A stretch of 15,000 bases of DNA from NCBI GenBank assembly GCA_040752415.1, contig JBFMGU010000259.1:1-15000 (forward strand). Direction: 5' to 3'. The notes beneath the pieces were generated by a model. That model did not search any database and was not told the DNA's origin. It was given only the letters and a program-made list of their open reading frames with translations. Below, one piece after another: positions 1 to 11,942 of this stretch (position 1 is its first letter; each line of letters begins with the position of its first letter). The position numbers and the translations under genes were made by a program. The DNA is from Myxococcota bacterium (GTDB lineage: Bacteria > Myxococcota > JACRCW01).

Positions 1-59
1 TCGGAATCTGGCAATTCCGGTGCTTATCTCCGTGCCAACCCCCACTGTCTCTTAGCCCC

Positions 60-102
60 CCAGCCAGGCATTGTGGCCACGCCGCCTGGCTGGTTTGTTC
101 TT
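60..102 (+). terminator. Candidate intrinsic terminator or stable hairpin
   Basis: Perfect 10-bp stem CCAGCCAGGC (60-69) / GCCTGGCTGG (84-93) with a 14-nt loop, followed directly by TTTGTTCTT (94-102). Confidence 0.5.
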
Positions 103-128
103 GGGGCCGGGGGGGCGTGGTGGCGCAG

Positions 129-144
129 AGCACAAGCAATGCCA
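129..144 (-). promoter_or_regulatory. Candidate sigma54 (-24/-12) promoter firing leftwards
   Basis: Minus strand reads TGGCATTGCTTGTGCT, with correct GG-N10-GC spacing against the consensus TGGCACG-N4-TTGCW. The tandem palindromes at 188-224 lie upstream in this orientation. Confidence 0.4.
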
Positions 145-187
145 ACCCACTTCCCGACGGAAACCGCGTGGAAAGGCCCTCCAGACC

Positions 188-224
188 TGTCTGAATTCCG
201 GACAGGGTGACTGAAATCCGGACA
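188..224. promoter_or_regulatory. Tandem palindromic transcription-factor binding sites (candidate enhancer/UAS)
   Basis: TGTCTGAATTCCGGACA (188-204) and TGACTGAAATCCGGACA (208-224) match at 15/17 positions, have TGTC-N9-GACA-type dyad symmetry and repeat with an exact 20-bp period in intergenic DNA. Confidence 0.65.
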
Positions 225-228
225 CCCT

Positions 229-1005
229 TCAGCTCCGCGCCTCCAGCAGCAGGCTCTGCAGTGAGCGACCCAACGGACCCTGCTCGTCGTACAGCGCGCT
301 CTGCGCCAGTCCCACGCCGTGGTGCTCGGGCAGGGTGACCGCGTCCAGGCACACCCATTCCCCCACGGGATGGCGGTGCAGGTGCACGGTGAGGTCGGGG
401 TTGATGAACGTGTAGCGCGAAACGTCCAGCGCCACGCTGAGCCCGTTGCCGCTGTCCGCGGCGATCATCACCCGCTGCAGCGGCGTGGGTTTCTCGTCGG
501 GGAGGAGGGGGTGGAGCATGCGCATCCACGCGGTCAGCGCCCCGGTGCCAAACGTGCCGCGTGCAATCCGGACCTCCATGGCGCGGTGATAGCCGGTGCG
601 CTCGCGGAAGAAGGGGAACACGAATGGCGTCGCGGCATCCGGGAGCGGGTGCGGCGGGGGCGGGGGCGGAAAGGAGAACGTCACGTCGGCGGTGCGGATG
701 CGCAACGCGGTGGCGCGCACCAGTTCCACGTCGTTGGAGAGCAAGGATGCGCCCACGAGCTGGACCTTCTTCCCGGGTCGCAACACCTCGGTGCGCACGG
801 TCAGCGGCGAGATGGGCACAGCACGCAAGAGTTCCACCGTCATGCGCGTCACCAGCATCGGCAGCCCGCCGGTGGGCACCTGTTCGATCGCGCGCGCCAA
901 CAGCGCCGAGGGTGGGCCGCCGTGCTGGTGTTCCGCGCTCCACGGTCCCCGCGTGTGGTCGGTGGGAAGGAAGCGGTCTCCGTCGGGGATGAAGAAGGCG
1001 TCCAT
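229..1005 (-). CDS. Thioesterase family protein (TesB-like double-hotdog acyl-CoA thioesterase-like), 258 aa
   Basis: Family-typical motifs GPWS..QHGGPPSALLARA, ADSGNG, FINPDLTVHLHRHPVGEWV and S.LYDEQGP.GRS.QSL. Start moved to ATG at 1005 (MDAFF), because the 46-codon extension in the ORF track is not protein-like and overlaps the divergent gene start. Confidence 0.88.
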   Translation of the reverse strand: MDAFFIPDGDRFLPTDHTRGPWSAEHQHGGPPSALLARAIEQVPTGGLPMLVTRMTVELLRAVPISPLTVRTEVLRPGKKVQLVGASLLSNDVELVRATALRIRTADVTFSFPPPPPPHPLPDAATPFVFPFFRERTGYHRAMEVRIARGTFGTGALTAWMRMLHPLLPDEKPTPLQRVMIAADSGNGLSVALDVSRYTFINPDLTVHLHRHPVGEWVCLDAVTLPEHHGVGLAQSALYDEQGPLGRSLQSLLLEARS

Positions 1006-1136
1006 GCGGGTGGCAGGGTAGTCGCGCGGTGGGGGCGGCGTCAGGAGGCGAACCGGGCGACGCCTTGGACTCGGGCGGGTGACCACGGGATCGCCCACGT
1101 GAATCCGCACCGCGCCACCGGCATCCCAAGGGCACC

Positions 1137-1619
1137 ATGACAATCAACGTTGGCGACAAGGCCCCTGACTTCACCCTGCCCCGGCAGGACGGCAAACCGG
1201 TGCGGCTGTATGACCTGCTCGCGCGCGGCCCGGTGGTGCTCTACTTCTATCCCCGCGACGAGACGTCGGGCTGCACCGCGGAGGCGTGCTCCTTCCGCGA
1301 CGCGTACGAGGACTTCCAGGCCGCGGGCGCGGAGGTGGTGGGCGTCAGCTCGGACAGTGAGGCGTCACACCAGTCCTTTGCCGCGCATCACCGCCTGCCT
1401 TTCGTGCTGCTCAGCGACCGCGACAACCGGGTGCGCGCGCTGTACGACGTGCCGCGTTCGCTCTTCGGGCTGGTGGCGGGGCGGGTGACCTACGTGATCG
1501 ACCCGGGCGGGACCGTGCGTCACGTCTTCAACTCGCTGGTGCAGGCCACGCGTCACGTCGACGAGGCGCTGCGCACCATCCGGCAGATGCCCCCGCCGCG
1601 TCCCAGCGCCTCGCCCTGA
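1137..1619 (+). CDS. bcp: Peroxiredoxin, BCP/PrxQ subfamily, 160 aa
   Basis: VGDKAPDFTL start; VVLYFYPRDETSGCTAEACSFRD carries the PxxxTxGC peroxidatic motif and the CxxxxC resolving Cys; GVSSDS and RVTYVIDPGG motifs follow. Confidence 0.93.
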   Translation: MTINVGDKAPDFTLPRQDGKPVRLYDLLARGPVVLYFYPRDETSGCTAEACSFRDAYEDFQAAGAEVVGVSSDSEASHQSFAAHHRLPFVLLSDRDNRVRALYDVPRSLFGLVAGRVTYVIDPGGTVRHVFNSLVQATRHVDEALRTIRQMPPPRPSASP

Positions 1620-1628
1620 ACGGGGCCC

Positions 1629-2312
1629 TCACAGGCGGCTCTTGGCGTCGTCGGTACGGCCGTTGTGGCCGTCCAGCAGGATGTTGAAGTCCACGTCCTT
1701 GAGGCGCTCCAGGCTGCGCTGGGCTTCCGGCGTGTCGTCGTCAAAGAGCGGGCCGCCCGCCATCAGGCGCGGGCCGCTGGCCTGCACGGAGTCACCGCCA
1801 AAGAGCACGTCGCGGAACTTCCACACCAGCGCGCCGTGGGTGTGGCCGGGCATGTGGATCGCGGTGAAGGCGTCGCGGCCCACGGAGAAGACGTGTCCGT
1901 CCTCGACACCCTCGAGCAGGGGCGGTGCGGGCGGCGGCGAGTCGGTGCTGGAGAAGATGATGGGTAAGAAGCCCAGGGGCCTGCTCACGCCCTGGATGAG
2001 GTTCACCTCGTCGCGGTGGGCCAGCACCTTGACGTCGGGGAACTGGCCCGCGCCCGCGGAGTGATCCCAGTGGCCGTGCGTGAGCAGGATGGCCTTGATG
2101 GTCTGCTCGCCCACCGCCTCCTTGAGCAGCTTGGCGTCGCGGTCTCCGCCGCTGTCCACCACCACCACGCCGCCCTCGACGGGAACCACGTAGAAATAGC
2201 CCTGGTCCTGGAAACCGCGGATGCCATGCGGTCCCTCCACTTCCGCCGGGGCGCACCCGCCCACCACCAGCAACAACGCCAACGCCACGCCACCACTCTT
2301 CAGCCAACGCAT
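1629..2312 (-). CDS. MBL-fold metallo-hydrolase, predicted lipoprotein, 227 aa
   Basis: Motifs VVVDSG, THGHWDH (HxHxDH), PGHTHG, LFGGD and C-terminal LDGH. N-terminus MRWLK + hydrophobic stretch + VGGC is lipobox-like. GGAGG is well spaced upstream of ATG 2312 (alternative start 2327). Confidence 0.88.
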   Translation of the reverse strand: MRWLKSGGVALALLLVVGGCAPAEVEGPHGIRGFQDQGYFYVVPVEGGVVVVDSGGDRDAKLLKEAVGEQTIKAILLTHGHWDHSAGAGQFPDVKVLAHRDEVNLIQGVSRPLGFLPIIFSSTDSPPPAPPLLEGVEDGHVFSVGRDAFTAIHMPGHTHGALVWKFRDVLFGGDSVQASGPRLMAGGPLFDDDTPEAQRSLERLKDVDFNILLDGHNGRTDDAKSRL

Positions 2313-2390
2313 GTGAGACGCCTCCATGCCTCCGTCCGGTCCGGGAGGGCGCGCACCTTATACCGTCGAATCCCGCGCGGTCCGTGAAGC

Positions 2391-2927
2391 TCACGCGCGC
2401 GCGCGAATCACCGCCGCCACGCCCAGCCCCACCGCCGCGCCCGTGACCGGCGCCAGGATCAACACCGCGTATGGCAGCACGGAAGCGCCGGGAAGGGATA
2501 CCGCCATGAGCAGCACGTCCAGCGCCATGGCGACGAGGAACACCGGCAACATAAACACCATGGCCACCAGCTGGTCCTTGAACGCGCCCCACATCCACGA
2601 CGTCAACGGGAACAGCACCACCCCCACCCTGGCCGTGGCGATCCACCGCTGCGCGACGACGGCGGTGAGCAACGCGCCCACCAGGGCCACCAGCGGCGGC
2701 AACCACGCCCGCGGCGCGCGCGCCACCTCCGCACGCATCCACGCGCCCACCAGGAGCGAGATCAGCACCGCTCCCAGCGCAATGCCCCACGCCGCGCCTC
2801 CGTCGGTGGTGACGGAGCGGTCCAACACCTGCACCTTCCCGGTGAGCTGCGCCAGGGTGCCGGAGACCATCCCCAGGAGCAGTGGCGTGACGACGAGCGG
2901 GGCCGCACCGGGCAGGCGGTTGTCCAC
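2391..2927 (-). CDS. Hypothetical integral membrane protein (about 5-6 hydrophobic segments), ~178 aa
   Basis: Strongly hydrophobic ORF. GTG at 2927 is preceded by AGGGGG at SD-like spacing, and the gene is co-oriented with the MBL gene. Start is uncertain. Confidence 0.65.
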   Translation of the reverse strand: MDNRLPGAAPLVVTPLLLGMVSGTLAQLTGKVQVLDRSVTTDGGAAWGIALGAVLISLLVGAWMRAEVARAPRAWLPPLVALVGALLTAVVAQRWIATARVGVVLFPLTSWMWGAFKDQLVAMVFMLPVFLVAMALDVLLMAVSLPGASVLPYAVLILAPVTGAAVGLGVAAVIRARA

Positions 2928-3064
2928 GTGGCATCCCCCTGGAAAGCAGGCTTCAACTGTCTTCCCGCGCGCGGCGGGCACGGTCAACCCCACGACGACC
3001 CGGAATCCATCCGCCTGACCGGGTGGACAGCGTTGTTACATCCCACTGCTCGACGGGAGGCCAC

Positions 3065-3592
3065 ATGCCCGCGTTCACCGTGATGCTCGCGTCGTCGCTC
3101 ATGTCCGTGGCTTGGGGTGCCCCGCAGGTGCAGGCGCCGCCGGTTCCCGACGAGAGCCCGCCCACCATCCGTCCCTGGCGCGGAGAGGTCCCGCCCGATG
3201 ACGACGTCACGGAGACCGGGGAGCCCAGCGGGCCCTCTGGTCGCGCGGCGCCCCAGGCGGAAGGCAGCGGCGGGCCATCCCTCCCACCGCCCATCCCCGT
3301 CGAGGACGATGAGAGGGGGGAATACACCCGCCGGGTGCGAGCCCAGCTGCTGGATGCGCAGCAGACGCTGGATGAGATCCGCTTCACCGTCGAGCAGGGA
3401 CGGGATCCCAACCGGGAAGCGCTCCTGCGCGACGTGGCGCGGGCCCAGCGGGTGCACCGCAACGCCATGGCGGAGCTGCTGGCGCTCGAGGCCACCACGC
3501 GGAACTGGGACACGCAACGGGCGGACGTGGACCACGCGTTGCGCATGATGGCTGCCGAGCTGGCGTCGCTGCAGGAACGCCTGTCGCCGTGA
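3065..3592 (+). CDS. Hypothetical secreted protein with Pro-rich linker and helical/coiled-coil C-terminus, 175 aa
   Basis: GGGAGG at 3055-3060 precedes ATG 3065. Signal-peptide-like MPAFTVMLASSLMSVAWG-A is followed by a Pro-rich segment and amphipathic helices. Confidence 0.7.
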   Translation: MPAFTVMLASSLMSVAWGAPQVQAPPVPDESPPTIRPWRGEVPPDDDVTETGEPSGPSGRAAPQAEGSGGPSLPPPIPVEDDERGEYTRRVRAQLLDAQQTLDEIRFTVEQGRDPNREALLRDVARAQRVHRNAMAELLALEATTRNWDTQRADVDHALRMMAAELASLQERLSP

Positions 3593-3635
3593 CCCCAGGC
3601 AAGTCACGCGCCCGCGTGGTAGTCTCCGCGGTCAA

Positions 3636-5162
3636 ATGAAGAGACTTCGGGGATTGCAGTTCACTTTGACAGTTTGCATCGTGTGCGCCTGCGGAGAGGA
3701 GAACCTGCAGGAGGCGCAGGCCCGCATCTCCGTGTGCGCCTCGCCAGAGGCGCCCGAGGAGGAATGCAATCGGCCCCTGGACTTCGGTGAGCAGCCGCTC
3801 ACGCTGACCCGGGATGTCGTGCTCCACGTTGTCAACCGCGGCGAGTCCACGCTCACCCTGGAGTCGGTGACCAGCAGCGACGGCGCGCTCACCGTCGTGG
3901 ACTACCCACCCGGCGTGGAGGTCTCCGCCTCCGAGCCGCTGCGCCTGGCGCTCACCCCGGCGGCCCTGGGCGACACCAGCGCGCAGCTGGAGATCAAGAG
4001 CAATGACCGGGAGCGCGGCACGCTCATCCTGCCGCTGGCCTGGCACGGCACGCCCAAGCCGGTCCCGCGCTTCGAGCTGTGCGTCGACGACATTCCGCCC
4101 ACCTGCGGCACGGACATCACGCTGGACTTTGGCGCGGTGCGACGCAGCCAGCGGGAGAGCCGCACGCTGCAGGTCCGCAACGCCGGCACCGCCACGCTGC
4201 AGATCCTCGAGGTGGAACAGCAGGGCCAGAGCACTTCCCCCGACGAGATCATCATCGGCACCTCCACGCGTCCCGGCCACCTGCCGCCGGAGACCAGCGC
4301 GCCGGTGGTGGTGCTCTACGAGCCCGCCGACGGCACCGCCGACGAGGTCAAGCTGGTGTTCACCTCCGACGACCCGGAGCATCCCGTGGCCACCCTCACC
4401 GTGCGCGGCACTTCCGCGGACAACCTCCCGCCCACCGCCGACGCGCGCCACGTGGGCACCGGTCTGACGCTGGCCGACGTGGCGGTGGGCGACGTGGTCA
4501 CGTTGGACGGCACCTTCTCCTCCGACCCCGAGGGCGACCCGCTCACCTACCTGTGGACGCTGTACTCTCCCGCCACCTCGAGCTCGTCGCTGGATGATCC
4601 TTCCGCCTCCCGCGTCACGCTGACGCCGGACACCAGCGGCACCTACCGCGTGGAGCTGCTCGTGACGGACTCGCTGGGACAGGTCAGCTCGCCCTCGGGG
4701 CTGGTGCTCCTGCGCGCGCGTCCCCGCCAGGCGCTCAAGGTGACCCTGGACTGGGAGGACGGTGGCGACGTGGATCTGCACCTGGTGGCGCCCGGCGGCA
4801 CGCTGTTTGGCCCGCTGGACTGCTCGTTCGAGAACCCGAACCCGGAGCTGGGCGACACCGCCTCCGACGAGGACGACCCGCTGCTGCAGGTGGACAGCCA
4901 GGGCGCGCCCGGTCACGAGGAGATCACGCTGGTGACGCCGGTGGCGGGCACCTACGGCATCTACGCGCACTACTTCGAGGACGTGGGTGTGGGCCCCGCC
5001 ACGGTGACCGCGCGGGTGGTCTTCAATGACTCCGGCATCTTCGCGCTGCAGGAGACCCTGAGCCTGCCCGCCGCGTGCTCGCTCTGGCACATTGGCGACG
5101 TCACCTTCCCCGCCAACACCGCTTCCCCTTCCGCCGCGCCGCTGGCGCAGCAGTGCCGGTGA
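3636..5162 (+). CDS. Surface lipoprotein with two Ig-like (choice-of-anchor D/ASPM-SPD-2-Hydin-like) domains, a PKD-like domain and a YfaP/DUF2135-like C-terminal domain, 508 aa
   Basis: MKRLR + hydrophobic + CAC lipobox-like start; two LDFG...NxGxxxL...SN/SDD units; PPTADA..VGDVVTLDG..SSDPEGDPLTYLW..PD..GTY...L.VTD (PKD-like); LKVTLDWEDGGDVDLHL...PGHEEI (YfaP-like). Domain names come from motif recognition, not a search. Confidence 0.8.
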   Translation: MKRLRGLQFTLTVCIVCACGEENLQEAQARISVCASPEAPEEECNRPLDFGEQPLTLTRDVVLHVVNRGESTLTLESVTSSDGALTVVDYPPGVEVSASEPLRLALTPAALGDTSAQLEIKSNDRERGTLILPLAWHGTPKPVPRFELCVDDIPPTCGTDITLDFGAVRRSQRESRTLQVRNAGTATLQILEVEQQGQSTSPDEIIIGTSTRPGHLPPETSAPVVVLYEPADGTADEVKLVFTSDDPEHPVATLTVRGTSADNLPPTADARHVGTGLTLADVAVGDVVTLDGTFSSDPEGDPLTYLWTLYSPATSSSSLDDPSASRVTLTPDTSGTYRVELLVTDSLGQVSSPSGLVLLRARPRQALKVTLDWEDGGDVDLHLVAPGGTLFGPLDCSFENPNPELGDTASDEDDPLLQVDSQGAPGHEEITLVTPVAGTYGIYAHYFEDVGVGPATVTARVVFNDSGIFALQETLSLPAACSLWHIGDVTFPANTASPSAAPLAQQCR

Positions 5163-5165
5163 CCC

Positions 5166-8909
<3,744 letters not shown>

Positions 8910-8943
8910 TTTCGAGGCAGGGTCACCGCATAGACTTCCTTCG

Positions 8944-11796
8944 ATGACTTTGCGCCGAGAGCTCGCCATCCTGATGCTGTGGCTGGGTTGGCTGGGCTGC
9001 GCTGAGACCCCGGTGGCCAGCGTCGATAACGTGGATGGGTCCGTACCCGGCGGTGGCGGTGTTTCGTCGTCCGGGAACGTTTCGTCGTCATTGACCTCAA
9101 GCTCGTCTTCGACAGCCAGCTCATCCGGTTTGGCTTCAAGCTCGACCGCCGAAACGACGTCATCCAGTGCCGCTGCTTCGTCGTCGTCTGGATCAACGTC
9201 AGCAGGCTCTCATTCCGCCTCGTCGAGTGGGGCTTTCTCCTCGAATTCGACGGGCCAATCCGGCGCCTCTTCCCAAGCCAGCACCTCTGGCAGCGTCTCC
9301 AGCACATCGTCTTCCGGGGCGGTCAGCAGCGCTACGTCTGCTTCAGTTTCTTCCTCGTCTTCCTCGTCTTCCTCGTCTTCCTCGTCGTCCTCGTCGTCCT
9401 CGGCATCCTCGACATTCAGCTCCTCGTCCTCCTCGTCCTCATCATCTTCCTCGTCCGCCTCGTCCTCATCATCCTCGTCTTCTTCCGCTTCATCATCTTC
9501 TGGAGGGAGTTCGTCTTTGGGCTCGTCCAGTTTTGCCTCAAGCACTTCGGGAGGTCGCGACGCTGGCTTCACGGAACCGTGTATACCCAGAGTCGAAGGC
9601 GAACTGTGCGGCAATGGCGTGGACGACGACTGCGATGGAGACACCGACGAAGGCTTTGATCTCGGCGTCATCTGCAGGGTCGGAGCGGGACTCTGCGAAC
9701 GGAGCGGCACCAGGGTGTGCAGCGCCGACCGCACCGCGACGGTCTGCAACGCCATCCCGGGACAACCCAATCCCGATGGCGAGCTGTGCGGCAACAATTA
9801 CGACGACGACTGCGATGGCCAGACCGACGAGGGCTTCAACAACGGAACCGTCTGCACCGTAGGCACCGGCGCTTGCACGCGCGATGGCACCTGGCAATGC
9901 AGCGCGGACCAGCGCTCAACCATTTGCGACGCTGCCCCTGGCGACGGAGGCCCCGAGCTGTGCAGCAATGGAGTGGACGACGACTGCGACTCCTTCACCG
10001 ACGAGGGCTTCGCCAACCTGGGCAATGCGTGCACCGTGGGTGTGGGCGCGTGTCTCGCCTCCGGCAATTTCGTCTGCTCCGCGGACCGGCTCTCCACGGT
10101 GTGCAACGCCACGCAAGGAATCCCCACACCGGAGCGCTGCGACAACATCGACAACGACTGCAACACCATCGTGGACAACGGCTGCGACGACGACGCGGAT
10201 GACTACTGTGACGCCAGCATGACGGTGGTGGGCTCGCCCTCGGCCTGTCCACTCTCGTCGGGGAACAGCAACCTGGATTGCAGTGACACGGATGGCACCA
10301 TCCATCCCAACGCCACCGAGCAGTGCGACGACGCGCGCGACCAGGACTGCGACGGGAACAACAACAACGGCTGCAACTGCGGCCCGGAACCAGATGCGGA
10401 CTTTGACGGGTTTCCGGCCGTGGGCTGCGGCGGTGCTGATTGCGACGACACCAACGGAGCCATCTTCCCCGGCGGAACGGAACAATGCGACGGCCAGGAC
10501 AACAACTGCGATGGCGTCACGGATGAGGGATTTGACGGCGACGGCGACGGGTACACCACGTGCGGGACGTATCCCGCCGGCGGGCTCGCCGCGACGTATG
10601 TCGACTGCGATGACACCAAAGCGGAGCGTCACCCCTTTGCGTGCGAGCTGTGCGCGGATGAGCTTGGAACCGTGGGGTGCGGCGCGCCGAATGATCGGGG
10701 CAATGGCGTCGACGAGGACTGCAATGGCCTCGTCGACGAGACGTGCGGCCCGTGCGACAGTGGCGACCAGGACGGAGACGAGGTCTCCCAGTGCGACGGA
10801 GACTGCGCTCCCGATGACGGCGCGGTGAGCCCATTGCACGTGGAGGCGTGTGATGGGAAGGACACCGACTGCAACACCACCACCGTCGACAACTGCATGC
10901 TGGGAGAGCCTTGTCGCTGGCCTGGCTATCCCACGGCGGAGGCCCGACCCGCGGATGAGTGCGCGGACCGGCTCATCTGCGTGGAGTCGCTGGCCTACGG
11001 TGGTCCCACCGGCAACTTCACCTGCACCGGCTTCTGCAACGCGTCGCCGCTCGGTGCGGGCCAGGGAGACGGCTGCACCACGACGCAGACGTGCTCGACG
11101 ACACTCACGCCCACCGCCAACCTGCACGGCTGTGCTGAAAACGGTGGAACCGGCAACAAGACGGTTGGGCAGACCTGCGTTTACGACAACGAATGTCGCT
11201 CCGCGGACTGCTTTCGCGACTCCCGGTTCGTCAACAACGTGAAGTACTGCACGGACCGCTGCGGCTCGAACGCCTACTGCGGCGGCGGCACCACCTGCCA
11301 AATCATCGGCGACACCGGGCTGTGCCTGCGCCTGACCTCTTCTCAGACCCGGAACATCGGCGACACGTGCAACGGCGCCGCGGACTACCTGGCCTGTGAA
11401 GGCGGCACGGACAGCTGCATCGCGGTTGCCAGCGGGAAGATCTGTACCGACGCGTGCTGTCGGGACTCCGACTGTCCCTCGGGCTACCACTGCTCGCTCG
11501 ACGGGAACGATTCACCGGGACCGATTGGCGGCTACGACACGGCACCGGTGTGTTATCCCGACGGCAGCGGCGCGCATGACCGGCCCGCGGGCGCGGCGTG
11601 TACCAGCAACGGGCAGTGCCAGAGTGAGTTCTGTGACCGCAATCTGAACGTCTGCGTCGACGTCTGCTGTCACGACGGAACCTGCCCCACCGGGCTGCGC
11701 TGCGAGCAGGCCCTGGTCACGCGCGCGGGCGGGCACCAGAGCTTTGCGCGCATGTGCCTCAACCTCTCGCCCACGCAGGCGCTGGAGAAGCGCTGA
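8944..11796 (+). CDS. Exported Cys/Asp-rich repeat lipoprotein with Ser-rich linker (paralog B), 950 aa
   Basis: ATG 8944 gives MTLRRELAILMLWLGWLGC (lipobox-like WLGC), then a ~165-aa Ser-rich tract. From ~9598 it is collinear with paralog A from ~6702 through to the identical C-terminus ...NLSPTQALEKR. Confidence 0.88.
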   Translation: MTLRRELAILMLWLGWLGCAETPVASVDNVDGSVPGGGGVSSSGNVSSSLTSSSSSTASSSGLASSSTAETTSSSAAASSSSGSTSAGSHSASSSGAFSSNSTGQSGASSQASTSGSVSSTSSSGAVSSATSASVSSSSSSSSSSSSSSSSSSASSTFSSSSSSSSSSSSSASSSSSSSSSASSSSGGSSSLGSSSFASSTSGGRDAGFTEPCIPRVEGELCGNGVDDDCDGDTDEGFDLGVICRVGAGLCERSGTRVCSADRTATVCNAIPGQPNPDGELCGNNYDDDCDGQTDEGFNNGTVCTVGTGACTRDGTWQCSADQRSTICDAAPGDGGPELCSNGVDDDCDSFTDEGFANLGNACTVGVGACLASGNFVCSADRLSTVCNATQGIPTPERCDNIDNDCNTIVDNGCDDDADDYCDASMTVVGSPSACPLSSGNSNLDCSDTDGTIHPNATEQCDDARDQDCDGNNNNGCNCGPEPDADFDGFPAVGCGGADCDDTNGAIFPGGTEQCDGQDNNCDGVTDEGFDGDGDGYTTCGTYPAGGLAATYVDCDDTKAERHPFACELCADELGTVGCGAPNDRGNGVDEDCNGLVDETCGPCDSGDQDGDEVSQCDGDCAPDDGAVSPLHVEACDGKDTDCNTTTVDNCMLGEPCRWPGYPTAEARPADECADRLICVESLAYGGPTGNFTCTGFCNASPLGAGQGDGCTTTQTCSTTLTPTANLHGCAENGGTGNKTVGQTCVYDNECRSADCFRDSRFVNNVKYCTDRCGSNAYCGGGTTCQIIGDTGLCLRLTSSQTRNIGDTCNGAADYLACEGGTDSCIAVASGKICTDACCRDSDCPSGYHCSLDGNDSPGPIGGYDTAPVCYPDGSGAHDRPAGAACTSNGQCQSEFCDRNLNVCVDVCCHDGTCPTGLRCEQALVTRAGGHQSFARMCLNLSPTQALEKR
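9349..9402 (+). repeat. 9-bp tandem repeat encoding poly-Ser
   Basis: (TCTTCCTCG)x4 followed by (TCGTCCTCG)x2, in frame, giving 18 consecutive Ser codons. Confidence 0.9.
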
Positions 11797-11843
11797 CTGC
11801 GTTCGTGGAATTCGCCCGGAGGCGCTCCCTTGCCGCCGACCCC

Positions 11844-11942
11844 TCACCCCTGCCTCCGCTCCCGACGACGCCACAGCAACAACCCCAGCAACAGCACCAG
11901 CACCGGCGGCCGCGTCCCGTCGGTTGCACACTGGCAACCCGG
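11844..11942 (-). other. MYXO-CTERM-type sorting signal
   Basis: GCxC motif, then a short hydrophobic helix, then an Arg-rich terminus at the extreme C-terminus. Confidence 0.8.

Noticed and set aside
21..37. Third sigma54-like motif TGGCACGGAGATAAGCA on the minus strand
   Set aside because: The -24 box is perfect, but the GC is one base too far for the strict GG-N10-GC spacing.
9210..9797. Asp/Glu-rich ORF on the minus strand
   Set aside because: It is the antisense reading of the poly-Ser TCN codons of paralog B.
11797..11843. Bidirectional terminator between the convergent genes
   Set aside because: No convincing stem with a U-tract on either strand.
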